Of a stretch of DNA of 64,000 nt, positions 29,701 to 43,372 are shown in pieces; positions within the stretch are counted from its first letter, which is position 1; each line of letters opens with the position of its first letter. Source of the DNA: Takakia lepidozioides (lineage: Eukaryota > Plantae > Bryophyta); the NCBI GenBank assembly GCA_030704615.1, contig CM060732.1, positions 65,348,001 through 65,412,000 on the forward strand, in the 5' to 3' direction. The translations under genes were made by a program, and so were the position numbers. The notes beneath the pieces were generated by a model. It was not told the DNA's origin. It was given only the letters and a program-made list of their open reading frames with translations, and ran no database searches.

Positions 29701-32700
29701 TGTTAATGGTTTGTAACATGGCGGTGTTGTTATCATACATCTTTTGTATGACATAAGGTCCTTTCCACGGTGATTTAAGCTTAGAAGCTTGAATCTTTCC
29801 TTTCTTCTGCAACCATAGAACCAAATCCCCCGTCTTAAAAGTCTTTAACTTGTCTTCATCAAACTGTTCCTTTCGCTTCATCTGAATTCTGGTCATATTA
29901 TCAGCTGCATCAGCACGTACTTCTTCCACATGGTATAATTCATGTTTCCTGACCTTGATGGAGTCTTGCAATTCCATTCTTTTTCCCCACTCCGTTCTCA
30001 TGGTAGGTAACAGGAATTCCACCCCACTGGAAGTAAGGCTTCCATACCATAAACTAATTGGAATGGTGTATACTTAGTGGTGACTTTATATGAAGTCCTG
30101 TATGACCACAAAGCTGTCAGCAGCTTCGTATCCAAATCCGTTCTGTTTGCATTGACTATCTTAGCCAAGATAGTACATAGTATTTTGTTGGTAGCCTCTG
30201 CCTGCCCATTACCCTGTGGGTAATATGTTGTACTCTTTCTATGCACAATCATAAACTCTTTAGTCAACAACTCAATGGTCTCATTCATGAAGTGACTTCC
30301 TTGATCACTGAAATTCTAAGGGACAGCCAAATCGTGTAAGTATGTTCTCGTACAGGAACCTTGCTGTGTGGACTTGGCTGTGTTGTCCCTCAAAGCTTTA
30401 GCTTCCACCCACTTTGTAGTATAATCAGTGGCTGTAATTATGTACATGTTTCGTGTATTCTTGGATGGTGGGTTAATTGGTCCAACAAAGTCTAGTCCCC
30501 ATTTCTGAAATGGTTCCGTAGGCATTGTAGGATGCAAGGCCATCCTTCCAGATCTCTGCAAAGGTCCTAGCCTCTGACATTCATCACACTTCTGACAATA
30601 CTCGTGTACATCTTTGAACAAAGTAGGCCACCAGTATCCTGCGAGTAGTATCTTTCTACTGGTAGTCTCTTCTCCAAAATGACCTCCAGCCACTCCTTTA
30701 TGAACTTCCGCCAAAACTTTATTTACTTCATGGTGGTACAAGCATCGTTTTAGTACTCCATCAGGTCCTAACTTATATCTTTCTCCTCTTTCTCCTGTTG
30801 ACAATCGTGACAAATATCCGCCACAATCCTCATTCTCCCAGGCTTGTACACCCTCGAACTCAACTCGTGCAAGATTTACAAATCTTTGCTATTCTCCGCT
30901 TATCAGAGGTTTGTTTACCAGGTATATCAGAGCCTGGTGAGCCACATCGAAATATAACAACTCTTCTTCCCAACAGTAATGCCTGAATTTTTTCTTTCTT
31001 CACACTAATAGATCATTGGGCCAATGCGTCTCTTTCCGTTGTGCTATAGTTCCTCTCATCCTCCTCTCAGAGCACTGTTCAAACAACCTGCTAGCATATA
31101 CACACTCCACAGTGAAAGCCTGGTGATCAGCCTGGTGATCCACATAGAATAAACTTCGCTGCCCAACAGGTAATTGCCTGAATTTCTTCACTACATAGAT
31201 CATTGCCATGCTCCTTTCCGTTGTGCTATAGTTCCTCTCAGCACTGTTAATCAACCGGCTAGCATAGTACACAGGTGAAATCTATATTCCCTGTAACATT
31301 CTGGGCTAACACCGCTCCCAACGCTTCTCCTGATGCATTCGCAAGTGAACATGGAATACTACATGCCAGTGAGGGTTAATCAGCACAGGTGTAGTTGTTA
31401 CTGACAGTGTAAAGTTCCTCAAATGCCTGTTGACATTCAGACTGTCCAGGCAAACACTGCATCTTCTTCAGTAGTTTGCTCAATGGTGCTGCTATTTGTG
31501 CATACCTTTTGCCAAATCTCTGAATAACTGGTTTGCCCAAGGAATCTTTGTAGACTTTTAACATCACTGGTGTGGAGAGGCTTTAATGGACTATGTCTTT
31601 CTGGGGTCACAAGGAGTCCCTTCTTACACACAATGTGTCCCAGAAGCACCCCTGAGTCACACAGAAAGTACACTTCTCTGGATTCAGGCCCAGACCTCTC
31701 ATCCTGCATCTGGCCAAACATAACTCCAATTATGCAAGTGCTCACTCTTAGAGCTGTACACACTGAAATCATCCAAGAATACCTCATGAATCATCCAGAT
31801 ACTCATGAAAAGATTCTTATCACTCTCTGAAAGGTCGCTGGTGCATACAAAGTCCAAAGGCATGACTTTGTATGCATAAGCCCCCCAGTCTGTGATGAAA
31901 GCTTTTCCCTTGGTCTTCTTCTGCCACTTGCACTTGATTAAACCACTGAAGCCATCCATGAATGAGTACATCTCATGGCCTGCTACAGTGTCTAATACTG
32001 CTTCTGTGAATGGCAAAGGGAAAGATCTCTCTTCGTACAAGCATCAGCTTCTTATAGTTCACACATACGCTCTAGTTTGCCATTCTTCTTGGGAACTATT
32101 AAATGGGTGACAACCAATTATACTTCTATTGGGTATATAAACTTAGCTCAGCCAACTTCTTTATCTCTTCTCCAACCTTCTGGCGTAGTTGGGATTCATT
32201 CTATACCTCGCCTGCGATTTGGTACTGACCCTGGTTCCAGTTCAATTTTTATGCTGACAGACTTCAGGTGGTATCCCTTTTAGATCCTATAGCTCCAAGC
32301 AAATACATCTCTGTATTTGATGAACAAGCTTTTAGCTTCTTCGAAGAATTCTGGCTCCAAATCAGCTCCTACTTTCACCATCCTCGGTTCCTCTTTAGTT
32401 CCCACATACTTCTCTCACTGCTCATCATGCTGATGATTGTCCAACCAGTCACCACTTCATCCTGTAAGCTCACAGTGGCTGGTTCTTCTAGGATTTCTAT
32501 TTTCTCCTTTTCCTCTCTTCATAGAAATGTGATGGGTAAATGCTGGTTTCCTCGTAGTTGGTGTTGCTGTCACTACACCACAGAACAGCACAACTCTCTC
32601 AAACAACTAGGCTTTCCACCCGCCGCATCTCTGCAACCTGCTCCCACTCTGGGTGTGCAGCAAATAGGGTAGCTTCCTGCTCCTCATCCAGTCTCCTCCT

Positions 32701-35674
32701 ACAGTCATACTCTCTGACTCCTCGAGGTCTTCTTGTAGCAGGTAATCTACTAGATTTCTTTGTGGTAATTGTATCTCGTGTATCCCATTATGCACGGTTA
32801 GTAACTGGAGAATTCTAGATGGAATAACCCTGGCCTGTTTCCAGCCACGGACGTCCCATAATAAGGGTAAGTCCCTCCATGACTTCATCCATTTTTAATA
32901 CAGTTACTGTGATCATAAAGATCATTTTCTTGTATCTGTATATTTAACTCCTCTTATTATTCCCAATGGCTACAACTTCTTTGATCTGCCATTGTTACTG
33001 TAAATGGGGCTGGTTTCATGTTACTTAGACCAAGCTTCCTTCCTTAATTGGCTCGTCATGATATTTACTCCAGAACCACCATCTATCAGTACATCAGTTG
33101 TTCTGTGATTCTCAAGTTACTGTTTTCAATTCATTCCTTGGCATAGAATTCAATCAAGCCCTAACGCCAGAGTTTCTCGCCCTTCCGGCTTCAAACTTAT
33201 ACTGGTCACACCTTGCGTTCAGGTCTGTGTTCCTGTCTCTTGGGCAATTCGATTGATGCTTGATACACGCCTGTGCTACAATAAGGTGCCACAGCTAATA
33301 GCTGTCCAATGGTAATTCTGCTTTGGTCTGACATTTACTTCAGCCAAAGTCTCTTCATTACTTGCATGTCTGCATCTTTTTTTTCCCTTTCTTCCTCCAC
33401 TCCCTTTTTTTTCTCCATCCGAATCAGAGAATCTGCCACAGGACTATCAGTACTCCTTTTGCATTTCCCTTATAGTATCTGCCACTTCCTTGTGCAGTTC
33501 TTCTCATCTTTCCAAGTCTCTTCATCTTCACGGCATATCATTGCCATCTCCAGTTCTCATTTTCTTCCTCTTCTACGGAGGTATTAGTTTGCTTTACTTC
33601 TTGTTACTATCATTGTACTTACTTCTGGTACAAACACATGGCCTAACATGTGAGCTGCCACCACTGGGCCCTCATTCACAGGAGCTCTCATCTCATTCTG
33701 GTGTCTGATACCAGAATGAACAGGCTGCCTTGCGAATGTCCTGGCTGATACAATAGTAAACATAGCTCTTCACCATGGGTCCTCGCCCTTGGTTGTTTCA
33801 TTGGATTATTTCTATAATCCTGATCCGGGTGGTAATTCCCCCCTGGATTACCATGATAGTTGCCCTCTGGAATTTCCTTGGTAATTCCCTCTTGAATTTA
33901 CCTCTCCCTTCCATGCCATTGTTACAACCACCAGACCTACCATAGTGGTCCTGATCATTGTTTCTTCTTGGCTGGGGCTGCACCTGATGCACCCTTACTT
34001 GCCTAGGTTCTCTTGCAGCTGTCCTTCTGTTTGTAGTAACAATTCTCAGTAGAATGGTTATCCATTTTATAGATAGTACAGTGTTTCTCCTTCATGTGGC
34101 ATTTCTATGGTGGTATGGCCTTCATTCTGGCACTTTGCCACACCATACACCCTTCCTCCAATGTGTTGCAGCCTCTTGGCATACTTCTTCAAGATTTCTC
34201 CAATTTTTTTTCATAGTTATCCCTCTTCAACTTCTCCTTTCTCTTACTCTTTCTTTTAGTTCTTGCTCTTCTTCTTCATCTGACTCATACCTCAGAGTCC
34301 CCATCTTCTTTTTTCTCTCTCCTGAGCATTCCCAATTGCTCAATTCTGTTCGCAGTTTCAAATGCCTCCTCCACTGTATTATGGGGTAACATATCCACTT
34401 TCTTTTGCAACTCTGGTCTTAGTCCACTCACAAACCAAGTCTTCTGTAACCCGGGCGCTGGTACTGCAGCCAGCTTTTTCATCATCAATTCCATCTTCTC
34501 CATATATCTTCAACAGTTTCATGCTTCTTCTGCTTCAGCTATTGTAAACTTCCATACACTTCATCCTCAGTTTTACTTGTCCTGAAACCTATTTCGAAAT
34601 GCTGTATTCAAGCCATTCCAGGTAGGAAATGATTATCAGGGAATCTTGCATACCATTCACTTGCTTTCTTGATAAGTGAACAAGGAAACAGTCTCATCTT
34701 GGCATCATCGCCATTCTCATTGTTCACTACTAAACATGTGCTCAAATTGGCTAATGTGTACATCGGGATCCCCTTTCCTGAATATATTGGAAAGGGTGGT
34801 TTTGCCCGTGTTGGTTGTAACGCCATCTGTGGCCCTACCTTCTGCCCACTGACAGGTGCTGGCACCCTTGCTGGTGCTGGCCTTCTGGACCTGTTGTTTT
34901 GTGGTGGATCTTCCACCAAGTGGTGGCCCTTGAGCACTCCTTGCTTCTGGCCCCACGATATTCACAGTATTCCCAGCTTCAGGCACTACTTCCCACACTC
35001 CCTGTCCCCCCAGAGCCAGATTCAGGCAGCCCGCCTGATCCCCCTGAGCCGACACCTTCGTTGGCCTGTGATCCAAGTGCTCCACTTGATCCAGGTCCAA
35101 CGGGTTGGGATGTCCTGGTTGTAGTCTCAACCTCAGCTGTTGGGTCTACTTCTTCATATTCTTCCTCTTCTAATTTCTTCTCTCTGTTTTCATCCTCCAA
35201 GTTTTGCCCTTGGGTTTCTTCTTCACTCATGTAACTCAACTGTAATGGTGTTGGAGAGTCTGAACTCTCCGTTGGCTCTGGCACATCCTCTTCTCCTTCT
35301 TCACCTTCTGCTTCAGAAACTGGAGTTCCTGCTTTTGGTGTTCCATGCCAACTCTTATCAAAGATTTCTGTCAAGTCTTTTATCCAAGGATGTACTTCAG
35401 ATCTTTCACCTCGTGATTGATCTTCTTCCTGTACCAATTCCCTTAATCTTTCTAGCAAGAAAACAGAAGGAGTGGCATCCAACTCTAGTTCTTCCGGTAT
35501 AGGTGATGCACTATTTGATCTTAATGGTGTGAGAGGTCCAGATGATTCCCCTATGTCTATTCCTCTCTCCCAAAGATATGGATAATTAGCTTTCAGATAG
35601 CTTTCTCTTTTTGCTGAATATCTCTGTCGTCTAGCTTCTCTTTCATCACTCATGTCCCATGTCTTTCATTTCTT

Positions 35675-36230
35675 TTAATGTGGCAATAACCAAAACTCTC
35701 TTCTGTAATATCTCTCGTATATGCCTGGGTTTCTTTCAAGCTTCAATGCACCCTTGGCTATACTTGAAGTCTCCGTTACCATATAACCATATGGCAAACA
35801 AGTCTGAAAAGCTGTTCTTGGTGTGAGTTTGATCCACAAAATATCCTTTGGAATCCAATTCTTTACCAGTACCAGCTCTTCATGCATATGAGTATAAACA
35901 TTCACCTTTCTTTCTTCCCAGCCTTCAAACTCTACTCGTTTAATGGATAGCAATGCTATCACATAAACCAATGTTGGTAACCAACGTGCTCTTCCTCTAC
36001 AGGCTACCTGATAAATCTTTATCACTCCTTTCTCCAGACCCCATTCTGGATCAACATCATGCACTCGTTAAGAATATTTCTTTACAACCGTCTGGCAATT
36101 CCAAGAACCTTTGAAAGAATTGTTTGGACAATCTTTCTTCCTTCGTTCCACAGGGAATTTGATTCACTTCAAATTCTTTAATGGTCCAACCACCATGATC
36201 CCACCAGATGCCTGTCACATCTGGTTGTTC
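35675..36230 (-). CDS. Extra ORF of unknown function between PBS and gag (copy A; 5' part frameshifted)
   Basis: DVDPEWGLEKGVIKIYQVACRGRARWLP...YYRREFWLLPH* is conserved in copy B (~40419-40980), with the stop codon at the equivalent position. Confidence 0.6.
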
Positions 36231-36259
36231 ATGTCTCAGTTCCCCAGTATGGTCGCAAA

Positions 36260-37316
36260 TGTCGCGCGGCTTTTACTCACCCATCCCTTCGCTATTCGAG
36301 GCGGAAACTCCAAGATTGAAGAGTTGGAAATCTCTAAGTACTCAGCCCGCGCAGAACAATCAGTCATGACCTACAGCTAGTGTATCATGGGGGTGTTTCC
36401 TATTTGTTTCCCTTTTGGTATTCATGTTAACTATCTTACCATTGATAATTAAGTATCAGTTTGCTCTATCAATCTATTGGATTCCATCAACTCATCCATT
36501 CATTCCACAGCTTCACTCAGATCTCTCTACACAGTGTGTTTGTATCGTAAAAGTATCCGATTATGATTTATCAGGTATCAGGGCGAAGCCATTGTGTCTC
36601 TAATCTCCTCTACAATATCATTACAGCCTTGCATATATCAAGCATCTACTCATCATCTCTCTATCTTCACTTCCGTTCTTCATCTCTGCCCGATCCCCTC
36701 TCTTCTATCACCAAGAAGTCCTCCTCCGAATGATGTCCCTCAATTCCCCGTTTCTCCCTTTATCTTCATATCCGCGGTTCTAACCGTTTCCCTCACTAAC
36801 CGTCGTCTGTGAACTAACATGTTCCCTTCGCAGGTGTTGTTCCCCACAGTCGTTCCCTATCCTACTCTTCGTTCCCTATGATCGTGACAGCTGTGTCAAG
36901 CTGTGACTGGCTGTGTGAAACTGTGATGGGCTGTGCTGTGACTGGCTGTGCGACTGTGTTTGGCTGTGTCGGGCTGTGACTGGCTGTGTGGGCTGTGCCG
37001 GGCTGTGTCGGCTGTGTGGGTGGTGTCTGCTGTGACGACTGTGACGGGCTGTGTTGGCTTTTGTCGGCTGTGACGACTGTGACGGGCTGTGTTGGCTGTG
37101 ACGACTGTGACGGGCTGTGTTGGCTGTGTGTCGGCTGTGACGACTGTGACGGGCTGTGTTGGCTGTGTCGGCTGTGACGACTGTGACGATTGTGACGGGC
37201 TGTGTAACCCCCCTCTACAGTGCGCTGCTGTCACCCCTAAGGCTCATGTTGGTCTCAGTCTGTGCAAAAATTAAGGGTACCCTACAGATCCCGTATAAGT
37301 GTCTAAGTCCCCGACA
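36260..37316 (-). repeat. 5' LTR of gypsy copy A (~1.06 kb), containing a CTGTGAC-based minisatellite at ~36890-37205
   Basis: Termini TGTCG...CGACA. Homologous to 41018-41874. A degraded PBS lies adjacent at 36241-36257. Confidence 0.85.
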
Positions 37317-40300
37317 GTCCTCTAACAATTTCCTCATAGAAATGTGGTGGGTAACTGCTTGTTTCACCCACAATTGGTGTTGCTGTTACTACACCACAAC
37401 AGATACCTTTTAAACAACTTAGGCCTTCCAGTTGCATTTCTGCAACCTGCTCCCACTCTGGGTGTGCAGCAAACAAAGTAGCTTCCTGCTCCTCATCAAG
37501 TCCTTTTCTCCAGTCATACTCTCTGACTCCTTGAGGTCTTCTCGCAGCATGTAGATTTCTTAGTGGTGATTTGTACCTTGCACTTCCCATCATGCACAGT
37601 TAGTAACTGGGAATTCCAGTCATGGAATACCCTGGCCTGTTTCAGCCATGGTCGACCCAGCAATAAGGAGTAAGCTTCCATGACATCATCCATTTTCAAT
37701 ACAGTCACTGTGATCTTAAAGATCATCTTTTGAATCTGTATCTTAACTCCTCTTATCAAGCCTAATGGCTGAACACTTCTTTGATCCGCCATTGTTATTG
37801 TGAATGGGGCTGGTTTCATGTTACTTAGACCAAGCTTCTGCCTTAATTGGTCTGTCATGATATTAACTCCAAAGCCTCCATCTATCAGTACATCAGTCAA
37901 GTCTGTGCTTCCAATTCTCAATTGGATTACTGGCATAGAATCATCAAAGTCCATGCCTGTTTCTCGCCCTTCTGGCTTCACAATATAGCTTGTCACCTTG
38001 CTGTTCAGGTCTGTGTTCCCTGTCACATGGGCAATCTGATTGATTGCTTGATACTGTCTGTGCCTACAATGAGGTGCCATAGCCAATAGCTGTCCAATGG
38101 TAATCTCCGCTTTGGACTGGCATATTACTTCAGCCAAAGTCACTTCATTACCCTGCACTTGTGCAGCTTCTTTCTTCACTTCATCTTCTCTTTCAGAATC
38201 AGAGGAATCTGCCATAGGGATATCAGTACTCTTCTGCATTTCCCTTATGGTATCAGCCACTTCCTTGTGTAGTTCCTTATCATCTCTCCAAGCCTCATCA
38301 TCTTCAGGCACATCAATGTCATCTTCATTATCTTCATTTTCCTCATCTACTGGAGGTATTAGTTTAGCTTTGCTTCTGGTTACTATCATCGTACTCACTT
38401 CTGGTACAAAACATGGCCTAAGCATGTGAGCTGCCACCACTGGGCCCTCATTCACAGGAGCTCTCATCTCATTCTGGTGTCTGATCTAGAATGGATAGGC
38501 TGCCTTGCGATGTCCTGCCTGATTACAATAGTAACACAGTTCTTCACCATTGGGTCCTCGCCCTTGATCTGCTCTGGGATTATTTCTATAACTTGGATTA
38601 CCCTGATAGTTGCCCCTGGGATTGCCCTGGTAATTCCCTCTTGGATTACCTCTCTCTTCCATACCATTGTTATAACCACCAGGCCTACCATAGTGGTCCT
38701 AATCACTGTTTCTTCTTGGCTGGGGCTGCACTTGATGCACCCTTACTTGCCTAGGTTCTCTTGCAGCTGTCCTTCTGTTGTAATAACAATTTTCAGTAGA
38801 ATGGTTATCTATTTTACAGATAGTACAGTGTTTCTCCTTCATGTGGCATTCAGTTGTGGTATGGCCTTCATTCTGGCATTTTGCACACCAAACACCCTTC
38901 CTCTAATGTGTTGCAGCCTCTGTGGCATACTTCTTCAAGATCTCTTCCAATCTTTTATCATAGTTATCCCTCTTCAACTTTTCCTTCTTCTTACTCTTCT
39001 TCTTGAGCTCTTGCTCTTCTTCCTCATCTGACTCCTCCTCAGAGTCCTCATCATCCCTTTTCTCTCTCCTGAGCATTCCCAGTTGCTCAATTCTGTTAGC
39101 TGTTTCAAATGCCTCCTCCACTGTATTATGGGGTAACATATCCACTTTCTTTTGCAACTCTGGTCTTAGTCCACTCACAAACCAAGTCTTCTGTAACCCT
39201 GGTGCTGGTACAGCAGCCAGCTTTTTCATCATTAATTCCATCTTTTCCATGTACTCTTCAATAGTTTCAAGCTTCTTTTGCCTTAACTGTTGTAAACTTC
39301 CATACACTTCGTCCTCAGTTTTGCTTGTCCTGAACCTATTTCGGAATGCCGTACTAAGGCCATTCCAGGTCAGGAAATGTTTATCGGGGAATCTTACATA
39401 CCATTCACTTGCTTTCTTAATAAGTGAACAAGGAAACAGTCTCATCTTGGCATCATCGCCATTCTCATTGTTCACAATACACATGTGCTCAAATTGACTA
39501 ATGTGTACATCAGGATCCCCTTTCCCTGCGTATATTGGAAAAGGTGGTTTTGCCCGTGTTGGAGGTACCGCCATTTGTGGCCTTACACCCTGCCCTCTGG
39601 CAGGTGCTAGTCCTCTTTTTGGTGCTGGTCCTTGAGGACCTGTTGTAGTAGTGGTGGAACTCCCATCAGGTGCTGGCCCCTGAGCACTCCCTGCTACTGG
39701 CCCCACTATATTCACAGTATTCCCAGCTCCAGTTGCACTACTTCCCACACTCCTTGTCCCCCCATAGCCAAATCCAGGCTGCCCGCCTGATCCCCCTGAA
39801 CCGACACCTTCGTTGGCCTGTGATCCAAGTGCTCCACTTGATCTAGGTCCAACAGGTTGGGATGTCCTGGTTGTAGTCTCAACCTCAACTGTTGGGTCTA
39901 CTTCTTCATCTTCCAATTTCTTCTCTCTGTTTTCATCTTCCAAGTTCTGCTCTTGGGTTTCTTCCTCTTCACTCATGTAACTCAATTGCAATGGTGTTGG
40001 AGAGTCTGAACTCTCCATTGGCTTTGCCACATCCACCCCTCCTTCTTTGTCTTCCGTTTCAGAAACTGGAGTTCCTGCTTTTGGTGTTCCATGCCAACTC
40101 TTATCAAATATTTTTGTCAAATCTTTTATCCAAGGATGTACCTCAGATCTCCCCTCGTGGCTGATCTTCTTCCTGTACCAAATCCCTTAATCTTTCTTGT
40201 AAAGAATAAGAAGGAGTGGCATCCAACTCTAGTTCCTCCGGTATGGGTGATGTACTCTCCGATCTTAATGGTGTGAGAGGTCCAGATGACTCCCCTATGT

Positions 40301-40998
40301 CTATTCCTCTCTCCCAAAGATATGGATAATTAGCTTTCAAATAACTCTCTCTCTTTACTGAATATCTTTGAAGTCTAGCTTCTCTTTCATCACTCATGTC
40401 CCATGTCTTTCATATCTTCAATGACGCAATAACCAAAACTCTCTTCTGTAGTATCTCTCGTATATGCCTGGGTTTCTTTCAAGCTTCAAAGCACCCTTGG
40501 CTATACTAGAAGTCTCTGTTTACCATATAACCATATGGCAAACACGTTTGGAAAGTTGTTCTTGGTGTAAGTTTGATCCACAAGATATCCTTGGGAATCC
40601 AATTCTTTACCAGTACCAACTCTTCATGCATATGAGTGTAAACATTCACTTTCCGTTCCTCCCAGCCTTCAAACTCCACTCGTTTAATGGATAACAACGT
40701 TATCACATAAACCAGCATTGGTAACCAACTTGCTCTCCCTCTACAGGCCACCTGATAAATCTTTATCACTCCTTTCTCCAGACCCCACTCAGGGTCAGCA
40801 TCATCAGGGGCCCATCATGCACCTCTTAAGAATGTTTTTTTTTACACCGTCTGGCAATTCCAAGACACCTCCGAACGAAGTGGTTTGGGCAATCTTTCTT
40901 TCTCAATTCCATAGGGAAATTCGATTCACATCAAGTTCTTTAATTCTCCAACCACCATGATCCACCAGATGCCTGTCCATCTGTTTTTTTGACCCATT

Positions 40999-41015
40999 TC
41001 CCCAGTTGGTCGCCA
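40999..41015 (-). promoter_or_regulatory. Primer binding site, tRNA-Arg-like (TGGCGACCAACTGGGGA)
   Basis: Starts with TGG 2 nt inside the LTR end and resembles the TGGCGAC...CTGGGGA PBS of Tat/Ogre-type elements. The tRNA identity is inferred. Confidence 0.65.
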
Positions 41016-41017
41016 AA

Positions 41018-41874
41018 TGTCGAGCGACTTTTACTTACCCATCCCTTCGCTATCCGGTGGAAACTCAAGATAGAGATGGGATATCTCTAAGCACTCAGCC
41101 CGCTCAAAACAATCAGTCGTGACCTACAGTTAGTGAATCATGGTTGTGCTTCCTATTTGTATTTCTTCTTGCCTTCATGTTAGCAATTTACCTTACTGTG
41201 TATACTGAAGCATCAGATTGCTTCAGTATCTACGAGTTCCATTCACTCTCATCCATTCATTCCACAGTTTCACCTCATGTCTCTATACTTAGTGTGATTG
41301 TATCGGATAAGTATCAGATTATGATTTATCAGGTATCAAGCCAATGCCATGGGACTCTAATCTGCCCTACAATATCACTACAACTTTGCATGTAACAAGC
41401 ATCTACTATTCATCTTTCCTCCTTCATCGTGCTCTCCATCCTTGCTGCCCGTTCTTGCTCTTTGCATGATCTCCCCTCATGCATGACCAAGAAGCGCTCC
41501 CCGTGAAGTGATCCCCTACCTGGTGCTGCTCTGCCTAATCTACCTGCAAGCTGTTCCAACCGCCTAACTAACTAATGGTCACCCCTGAAGTAACACGTTC
41601 CCTCTGCAGATGTCTTCCCACACAGTAGTTCCCCCTGCTAATGATACCGTTCCCTCCGTGCGCTGTGACAGGCTGTGCCAAACTGTGTTGGGCTGTGACT
41701 GTGTTTGACTGTGACTGGCTGTGCAAAGCTGTGTCGGGCTGTGATAACCCATGACTTGACTGTGTGAGCTTGTCTACCACCCCTAAACCTGTGTGGCTTA
41801 AGTCTACCATCTGTAAGTCTGCGAAAAATTAAGGGCACCCCACAGAACCCGTAAAAGCGTCTAAGTCCCAAACA
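41018..41874 (-). repeat. 5' LTR of gypsy copy B (~0.86 kb)
   Basis: Termini TGT...ACA. Homologous to the copy A LTR with a shorter CTGTG repeat tract. Confidence 0.85.
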
Positions 41875-42254
41875 GCCATGAGCTCATGAGCGGGCATGGC
41901 TCACCCATGAGCCGCAAAGTAACACACTTCGAATTTCGGCAGATTTTTTTCGGGCCCAAAACTATAAATAATCGAAAGTAGTATAAAAAGAGAAGGTTTT
42001 CGAAGATTTCCGCGCTCATGCTGGAAGCACTCCGCTCATAAGTACCAGTGTCCGCTCATGACTTGGAGCCCATGCTCATGGACCGCCAGGCCAGGTCATA
42101 GAAAAACTGAATTCTAGGCAGTAACGGCACCGAAATTATCTCAGAGGAAGAGACGCAAGCGGAATTAGGATCCGGGTTTGCAGACTCCGAAAACGCAATG
42201 GCGACCTATAACCGTGGATAGTACTGTTGCAGAAGTGCAGGATGGTTGGGTATA

Positions 42255-42602
42255 AAGCGCTAATTGGGCACAGGAAAAGAAATAGCCAGCTGAAGGCTCG
42301 GGAGTGAAGCCAATAACGGTGCCGAAATTGGGCTCCGCCAACCAAATACCCGGCTGAAGCCTCCGGAGTGCAGCCAATAACGGCGCCCAAATTGGGCCCC
42401 GGAAACCAAATACTCGGCTGAAGCCACCGGAGTGCAGCCGATAACAGCGTCAAAATTGGGGTCCGGAAACCAAATACCCGGCTGAAGGCTGGGGAGTGCA
42501 ACCAATAGCCGAAATTGGGCTCCGGAAACAAAATTCTCGGCTGAAGCTTCCGCAGTCCATCCAATAACGATGCCAAAATTGGGCTCCAGAGAGCAAATAC
42601 CC
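42255..42602 (+). repeat. Subterminal tandem repeat, ~64 bp unit, 5-6 copies
   Basis: Unit approx. cggctgaagcctccggagtgcagccaataacggcgccgaaattgggctccggaaaccaaatac. Motif cores lie at 42318, 42382, 42446 and 42569. Confidence 0.9.
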
Positions 42603-42822
42603 ACCTTACGGTGAGGGAGTTTTGCAAACTCTCTTGAAACTGGTGCGGATTTGTCTAATAAAAGCACACATGTCGGAGGAAATAGAAGTTCTACCGCATA
42701 CGACATTGGCAGTGCAGCAATGATATATCCCTCTTCCGCCGGCCTCGCTCTCATTTTGCTCTTCACTCTTCTCTGTTGTGCCCATCTCCTCCCTGCTCTG
42801 AGTTCTTGCTGTGTCGTGAGGC

Positions 42823-43372
42823 CATGTCGTGCCCGAATCACATCTATCGACGCCAGACGAGAGTCATTGTCCCGAAAGCAGACGACATCATTGTCTTCCT
42901 AGATGTTTACAGGGACGATCCTCGACTTGTCCAACTGAGAGCAATGGAGTTTCTTCCAGGATTGCACGATTCTCCTGGACCCCGGCTGGGGAGCAGGTGG
43001 TTCCTACGCATCATGGACCTGGACTTTCCGCTTGAGTGGGAGCCGAACAGATCACACACATCGTTGTTGTATCGCTGGAATTGTTGCGAGTGGATGTATG
43101 ATGAGTGCATAGTTGAAAACTTCACGCGTGGACGGACTGGCTCAGAAAGTGGGGACATTCTCTTCAGTTATGAGGATGAGGAGGGGGAACACAGGGCCCA
43201 CTGTGAAAATGTCTTTCTACAAAGGGGCGCTATCGATAAACACGACATCCTCGTTAGTTTCAACCGGGCGACAGAAACCGCTGACATTTTGTTCAAATAT
43301 CGGCACCCGGTCACTCAGGAGGTCCTTGAGAGGCCAGTTCGAGTTCCTTCTTCTTGGGCAAGGGGACCATAG
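42823..43372 (+). CDS. Hypothetical protein, left subterminal cargo ORF of the MULE
   Basis: Uninterrupted ORF of about 182 aa from ATG 42823 (MSCPNHIYRRQTRVIVPKADDIIVFLD...) with globular-looking composition. No family recognised. Confidence 0.55.

Larger units (their letters stand above)
29678..37316 (-). mobile_element. Ty3/gypsy LTR retrotransposon copy A (non-chromovirus, Phygy/Athila-like), 3'-truncated, many indels
   Basis: In order: 5' LTR, PBS, extra ORF, gag (35653-34300), protease DGGSGVNI (~33075), RT FPLPFTEAVLDTVAGHEMYSFMDGFSG, RNase H YYASRLINSAERNYSTTE, integrase [36 protein letters not shown]. The PR-RT-RH-INT order is gypsy. No 3' LTR is present. Confidence 0.93.
37317..41874 (-). 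mobile_element. Ty3/gypsy copy B (same family as A): 5' LTR, PBS, extra ORF, gag, protease; interrupted by copy A at 37316/37317
   Basis: Gag 38903-40120 (PFPIYAGKGDPDVHISQFEHMC...LFPCSLIKKASEWY) and protease VLIDGGFGVNIM...LLGRPWL (37514-38467). Colinear with copy A. Confidence 0.92.

Noticed and set aside
30790-34520. Programmed frameshifts or a real RNase H duplication in gypsy A (30975-31105 repeats 31175-31272)
   Set aside because: The dense 1-2 bp indels and the noisy local duplicate look like low-quality long-read consensus or decay rather than a functional feature.
36896-37413. Cys- or Thr-rich ORFs in the LTR, and similar ORFs at 61433-62288 and 42136-42627
   Set aside because: These are translations of tandem repeats with no evidence of coding.
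38097-39497. Long + strand Ser/Phe-rich ORFs overlapping gag/pol (also at 43820-45984)
   Set aside because: They are antisense shadows of real minus-strand coding sequence.
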